Assembly (NCBI GenBank): GCA_905178155.1 | Contig: CAJINV010000004.1 | Coordinates: 2,060,391-2,124,390, forward strand | Reading direction: 5' to 3' | Origin: Amoebophrya sp. A120 | Taxonomy: Eukaryota > Protista > Dinoflagellata | DNA length: 64,000 nt | In this document: piece after piece, positions 58,740 through 64,000 of the stretch | Layout of the letters: each line of letters opens with the position of its first letter | Position numbering within the stretch: the stretch's first letter is position 1 | The notes under the pieces: model-generated | Seen by the model: only the letters and a program-made list of their open reading frames with translations | Told to the model about the DNA's origin: nothing | Database searches by the model: none | Position numbers and translations under genes: made by a program

Positions 58740-61700
58740 GCACGGCGGTGAGGCCGATCATCTACAACTGCTGCGAAACCTCTCAGAGGCGTCCCTTCGG
58801 CATGAGTACCAGCTGCACCACAATCACATATCAAATGTAAAAATGTCTGGGTCTGGAAACTTGTGATGCTGGGTGGCGTCTTATGATGAGGCCACAAGTG
58901 CTGGCTCAGCATGACAAGTTTCTGAGCTTCTAGGTGTTGCCTATTCTGCATGACAAACTGCGTTTCTGCATCACAGAAAAGTGGGGCTCTTGGGTAACGT
59001 GCATGACAGATTTAACAGTCATGCCAGACAAGCATGACAAACATGCATTCTTCCAGACCCAGACATTTTTACATTTGATATCACAACGCAGAGAATGATT
59101 CCGTACGTTTTCTGGTTCCGGTTGGATTTCTGCGCTTGCGCGATATCCCACGAAAAAACTGTTTCACTGTGATGATTTTGCAAGATCTGCATCACAAGTT
59201 TGTTACACATGCTACTAAAAATTTCTCATGCGCACTTCCCAAGGGAAAACACGCTGGAAAATCCAATGCCTTGCATGTGTAGCAAGACAAATAGTTTTGT
59301 GTTATATTTTCTGCATCACAGGTTCACCGTAAAACAGTTTTTTCTCAGGATACGCGAGTACGGTTGAGTAGTACTGCACTACCTGCTGAAACATCGGCGA
59401 ACGGCTCGCGAACGAAGCCGCGGCACCAGCGGTTCCGTCTTGCGTTCCCTGAAGGTCGTTTTGCTGCTCATCGCCTGCTGTAGCTCGTGCATCATCTTCG
59501 TATCCCCCAGCCATGGTCAAATCGTAGTCGTAGGCCTCTTCCTCGGCGGACCCCTCTTCTTTCGAAGCTGCCGGAACAAGCTTCTTCTGTTTATTCAGAT
59601 TTAATACTTGTTTCCGCTGCCTCACCGGTAGGGAGTCCTGATACTTCTCCTCCTCCGAGACGGATGAGGACATTTTGCCCGAGGAAGAGGAAGATATCGA
59701 AAGGAAAAAACCCCCCTCCCCATATCAAAACGGAATTTCTGATGCTGGATTTGTGTAGACAAATCAGCTTTGTATTGCTGGAAGGCATTGCGGCCAGATT
59801 CCCAGCCTAGGTGGAGGCGTTGGGCTCTAGTTGTTCAGCATGGCAAACGGCTCCGCTTTAGGCCCAACAGCATGACAAATCGCCTCCATAATGGGGCGGA
59901 AGCATCTGCCCTTGTCTTCTTGCAACATAAATGTGATTTGTAACCTCAAATCAGCAACACAAATTTTCGGAAACATGCCTTTTCAATATGGGGAGGGGGG
60001 ATTTTTCTTTACGATAGAAGAGGATGAGGCTTTGTTGCTTTGCGACTCGGGTTCTTTCGAAGACGAGGGATTGGACCCGCGGTGAAACCCCGGCGACAGA
60101 AAAGCGGCGACGAGATTCAGCGGACCTTGGCGCTTCCACCGGGCGAGCCGCTCGCTCGCGGCCGCGGAAAACGAGGAAGTCGAAGACGACCCCGATGACG
60201 TGGAGCGGCCGGGGGGTCGCCGTCCTGCTCTCGCCGAGGACGAGACGGACCGGGTGTCGTCCTGCTCGAAGTAGGCCTCTGGTGCCATGCCTTCTACATC
60301 ATCTTGTTCCTGGTAGTAGGAAAACAACGGGCGTTCTACTTGGTACGCCGGCGGAGCAGTCTCGCCCTCCCGCTCGCGCCGCATCAGCGCCCGCGCCTCC
60401 TGGTCGTCCTGCCGGCGCTGCTTTAACCAGTCCGGCACCACGGTCGCATTGGCCCCGCCGCCGTAGCTGGTTTCCAGAGCCGTCGCCACGCCGGCACCGT
60501 ACTGGCCGCGGGCCGCGTGCAGGAGATCGTCCAGCGACCGTCGCCGGGCAGCTTTGCGCGCCTCCTCGGCCCTGCGCCGCTCCTGCCGCTCGGCCCGCGT
60601 GTTGCGCCACACCACGGACAAGTGGACCGCGACGCCCGGCTTGTTGTCGTAATAGCCACTGTAGCCGTGGCATGATCCTGTGCAAAAGCGATATTATCGC
60701 ACTCGTAGCAATTCTTGCAATTTTTATGCATGACAAATCTTCTTTCTCACCACGACCCTACCCCATCTTTCAAGTTGGAACAATTTGTAATGCAATCTGT
60801 ACTAGTGCGATTTGTTTTATTTGCAATGCATAGGTTGCCGTGCAAATAATTATCCGCGGCGTTGTTGTAGCCGCTGGTGCTGGATCCGGCCAGGAAACCG
60901 CTTAAACTCGGCGTTGCGTTCCCGGATGCTCCAGTAGTATTCTTAACTACCTCCCCGTCCGAGAGCACGCCCTCGTAGACTAGGGGCGCGGTCGACGTTG
61001 TGCCCCCATCCTGGTCCGCGAGGAGTGCTCGCTCCGCGTCGGAACCGCGACCGCTTCCCGCGCGGATCGTGGGCAGGTTACGGAACGACCCCTCGGACAA
61101 CAGCGCTTTGCTTGGTTGATTCACAGCGTCTGTCTTGCTTGTTTGAAAAGCCGGCGAGGATGAAGAAGCTGTGTGCTCTTCTATCCTGTGTAAAAACGCA
61201 CCCACGACCCCAGGGTTGTGTCATACAACAGTGCACCACTAAATATGTCTCTCATGCGCAGCCAAATGCATCTTCTTGGGAAGCGTTTCCTAGGGGAGTC
61301 CTGGAATTTGTCACGCTAAGTATAAAGTGATTTTAAATCACTAGAACTAGATAGAATTAAAGAGATCATTAATTTGTGATGTCGCGGCTGCACAACTAGC
61401 TGAGGATCGCATTTTTACACTACGATCCCAAAATTTTCATGCGCAACATGATATTTTCAAAAAAACCCTCTTCGATTTGTCTAGAAAAATTGCTATCTTG
61501 ACTCCGGGGTCGTGTGGAAATTAGTTTCCACAGCGGGTAGGATCGCCAACATCTTCTACTTCAGCAGCTACTGCTCCATCGCCCTCTTTCGCTGTCCGCG
61601 CAACCAAGAACTCGTTGCCGCTTATTTCCAACTCGGTCGTGGGAACCACAGCTGCGTCCGCTTCTAGAAAACCGCTCTCCAAAATGTTGGAGGACATCAT

Positions 61701-63950
61701 GCCCGATGCGACGCCCGACGCCACACCAGAGTCCAACAGGTCGGTCCGGGAGTCCCGCGTGGATGTGAACCCGTACAACGGTAGGTCCTTGTAGTGCTCC
61801 GTTGTCGTGACGCCTTGGTTGGGCACCCGCTCTATCGTGTGCCCTTTCAGCGTCTCCGTTTTTTTCGCCCCGTGGGCCTTCAGGACCACGTCATGGGGTG
61901 ACTGCGATCGCGGCCGGCTCGTGGAGACGGGGGAGGCGGGGGCTGTCCCGCCGACCGCACCAGCCTTCTTCCTCGCTTCCCGCTGCTCCGGATCTGGAGA
62001 GGAAAAGTACTTAACTCCGGCTGTTCTTCCCCAGTCACGGAACTGGCAGTGTAAGTAGTACTAAAAAATCAGCGTGACTTTTTTATGCAAAAATCAATCT
62101 CGGACGTCGCCGACGTAGTAGTCACGCACGAAAATTTCGCCAAACTGAGCAGATGTGGAATCTACCAGTGCAGGAGTTTCGGAAGTAGATGATGAATGTG
62201 CTTGCAGAAGATGAGTACGCAAGCAAAAATCGCGTCCTGGGGAAGAAGTCCTGGAGTCTCTATTCTTGCACGGGATACATGTCGGTCCTTGCTTTTTTGC
62301 ACCTTCGCTTCTTGACGCCTGATTCATCGATATTGTGGTCAAAATATTAAATTTTCTGATTGAATATTCCACACACCTCCGTTCTTGCGTGTCGTGTGCT
62401 TGCAGGCAAAAATGCAAGTGCCGGCGCTCTTGCAGGAGGAGCTCTACTTGCGCTACTAATTTTCTCTCTTCGAGGGGGAACAAGAACAAACAGAACGGGT
62501 AAAATAAAAAGTACAGAACTTTATTCTACCGCTGCCAGTCCTCCCTGTGCGATTGCGCCGCGCGGGCCTTTTCGTGCGCGACCTGAAACCGCTCCTGGAA
62601 CTTGCGCAGACGTATTACAGTGAAAAATGCCCCCACCCCCACAGTTGTAAGAATTTGTCATGCTAAGTTTCCAGATGAAAACTTTTTGTCATGCATGAAA
62701 GAAGTATGAATCTTTCTGATGCAGAGTAAAGTCGTATATCGCATCGCTTGCATGACAAGCGCCGCTCTTGCTGGGATCTTTTGCAATACAAATTTTTGCT
62801 ATTCACGATTGGAAATCTGTGATGCTGCTAGGTGCAAGAGGGCGAATGTTTCTTTTGGAAAGGTTTGCAATACAAATGCTCCCAAGTTCGGGGGTGGGGG
62901 CATTTTTTATTGTAATAAGACGCTTGAAGAGTTCGTAGACCGCCTCAAAGTCCTCCAACAGGTCCAGCACCGTGTCCTTGTGCGGACGGCTGCCTTTCTA
63001 TGAGAGTGCACAACTCCCCCTCCCCCTCATCTGTCATGCAAAATACCCAATCCACCCTCTACCTCTTGGCACTGTTTGCATGACAAGCTCTGGTAGCCCA
63101 AATAGCACTACACTCCAGTGCAAATTTGTCATGCAAAACCGGCATTCTTGCTGATGGCCGCTTGTAATGCCGTTTACACTACACAAACGAGGGGGAGGGG
63201 GGGTTGTGCACTGTCATACTTTCGGCATGTGCTTGTAGCCCTTTTCGATCATGGTTCGGGTGACGCCGTTCTCCGTGTCTAGCAGCATATCCTGTGTTAA
63301 AACGTCTCCACCCGCCCAGAGCTGTCATGCAAATCTGCATGCCAAAAAAAATTCTCAAGCGGAGCCCCGTGAGACGCATTTCCTCGTCGTTTTTTGGAAT
63401 TTGTGATGCTCGAATCAGCATGATGTGCTAGATCTGTGATGCTGCTGAACTACCTATAGTATAGGTATAATTATACAATACGAAGACAATAAATTTGTCA
63501 CGCGAACCAACCAAAGCAGGCTGATTTGTCTAGCAGATTTCCCATCAACATCTTGACTCTGGTGTGAGGACGTTTTTACTCAGGATACAGCATCGCACGA
63601 ATCTCCTCCTCCGTCTTGGAGCTCGAAAACGGCGTCAGCAGCACCGGCATCAGGTTTCGTTTCAGCAGTTTTTCGCACAGCTCGCCCGTCTTCGTTCTGA
63701 AGTCGTTGGTCACCGCTACCAGCTGGGGCAGGAATTCCTGCGACGTCGATGCCGCTTTGTCTTCGGCGTCCAAGGCCTCGACACTGCGAGCCGCGGAGGA
63801 GAGTTCCGCCTCCTTGGCCTTCGCGAACTCAGCCACGTCGTCCGCATCGTCTACGGACTTGAAGGCTTCCAACTTTTCCACAATTTGCCGCAAGCTCTGC
63901 AGGTCCGCGCCGGCCTTCCGGGCGTTCGTAACCGTTGGAAGTAGGGACAT
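58740..63950 (-). CDS. Large multi-exon protein (or two genes), low-complexity, with a hydrophobic segment near the C-terminus; 8 TIR-element introns
   Basis: In-frame joins RAML-LDTE, HMPK-GSRP, FKRL-RKFQ, HGNH-GYSG, TVLA-QAQK, ILCVV-IVVQL; continuity across 62050-62530 and both ends uncertain. Confidence 0.6.
58829..59080. mobile_element. Family A intronic TIR element
   Basis: TSD TCACA; close relative of 13336. Confidence 0.93.
59144..59352. mobile_element. Family G intronic TIR element
   Basis: TATCCCACGAAAAAACTGTTT...AAACAGTTTTTTCTCAGGATA; TSD CGCGA. Confidence 0.87.
59695..60016. mobile_element. Family C intronic TIR element
   Basis: TSD GAAGA. Confidence 0.92.
60674..60832. mobile_element. 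Decayed family H intronic element
   Basis: Residual TIR and internal motifs; TSD 2/5; frame restored. Confidence 0.62.
61182..61539. mobile_element. Decayed family B-like intronic element
   Basis: Left TIR TATCCTGTGTAAAAACGCACCCAC intact, right end eroded; frame restored with the 5-nt rule. Confidence 0.65.
62613..62917. mobile_element. Family F intronic TIR element
   Basis: TATTACAGTGAAAAATGCCCCCACCCCC...GGGGGTGGGGGCATTTTTTATTGTAATA; TSD AGACG. Confidence 0.92.
62999..63218. mobile_element. Family D intronic TIR element
   Basis: TSD CTTTC. Confidence 0.93.
63288..63587. mobile_element. Family B intronic TIR element
   Basis: TSD CAGCA. Confidence 0.92.
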
Positions 63951-64000
63951 AAAGACTTCTCGGTTCTTGTCGGTTAGTTTACCTAGTACTATAGCGGTTG

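Noticed and set aside
7416-59080. Recurring ~30-bp repeat TGTCTGGGTCTGGAA as a CRISPR array
   Set aside because: Copies are inverted pairs ~250 bp apart with TSDs, dispersed in eukaryotic genes; no direct-repeat/spacer periodicity and no cas genes.
7455-59210. Many short ORFs sharing peptides such as MSGSGR, LPDPDIF, FQTQTFLHLI, KNPPSPY as a protein family
   Set aside because: They are translations of the TIRs in different frames, not coding sequence.

Overview
Eukaryotic genomic DNA, most consistent with a Syndiniales/Amoebophrya-type dinoflagellate parasite (inferred from gene architecture, not from a marker gene). All ~13 gene models lie on the minus strand: an Upf1/Nam7-like SF1 helicase, two paralogues of unknown function, a ~1665-aa secreted multi-module protein, RPS2, a PKD2-like channel, a WW+ankyrin protein, a coiled-coil protein, a secreted JMJD8-like JmjC protein and others. 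The dominant signal is 49 short non-autonomous elements (mostly 150-330 bp) in about 9 terminal-inverted-repeat (TIR) families. They share TA...TA ends and a 5-bp target-site duplication (TSD) of arbitrary sequence; 48 interrupt coding exons. At the coding sites I traced, deleting the element plus one TSD copy restores an open reading frame, usually with no GT-AG available, and family members occur in both orientations relative to transcription. Families with unrelated TIRs share an internal GCATSACAA-like motif, often in pairs 31-33 bp apart. Ordinary GT-AG introns coexist in the same genes. No transposase, RNA gene or CRISPR array was seen. All coordinates, counts and translations were done by eye.
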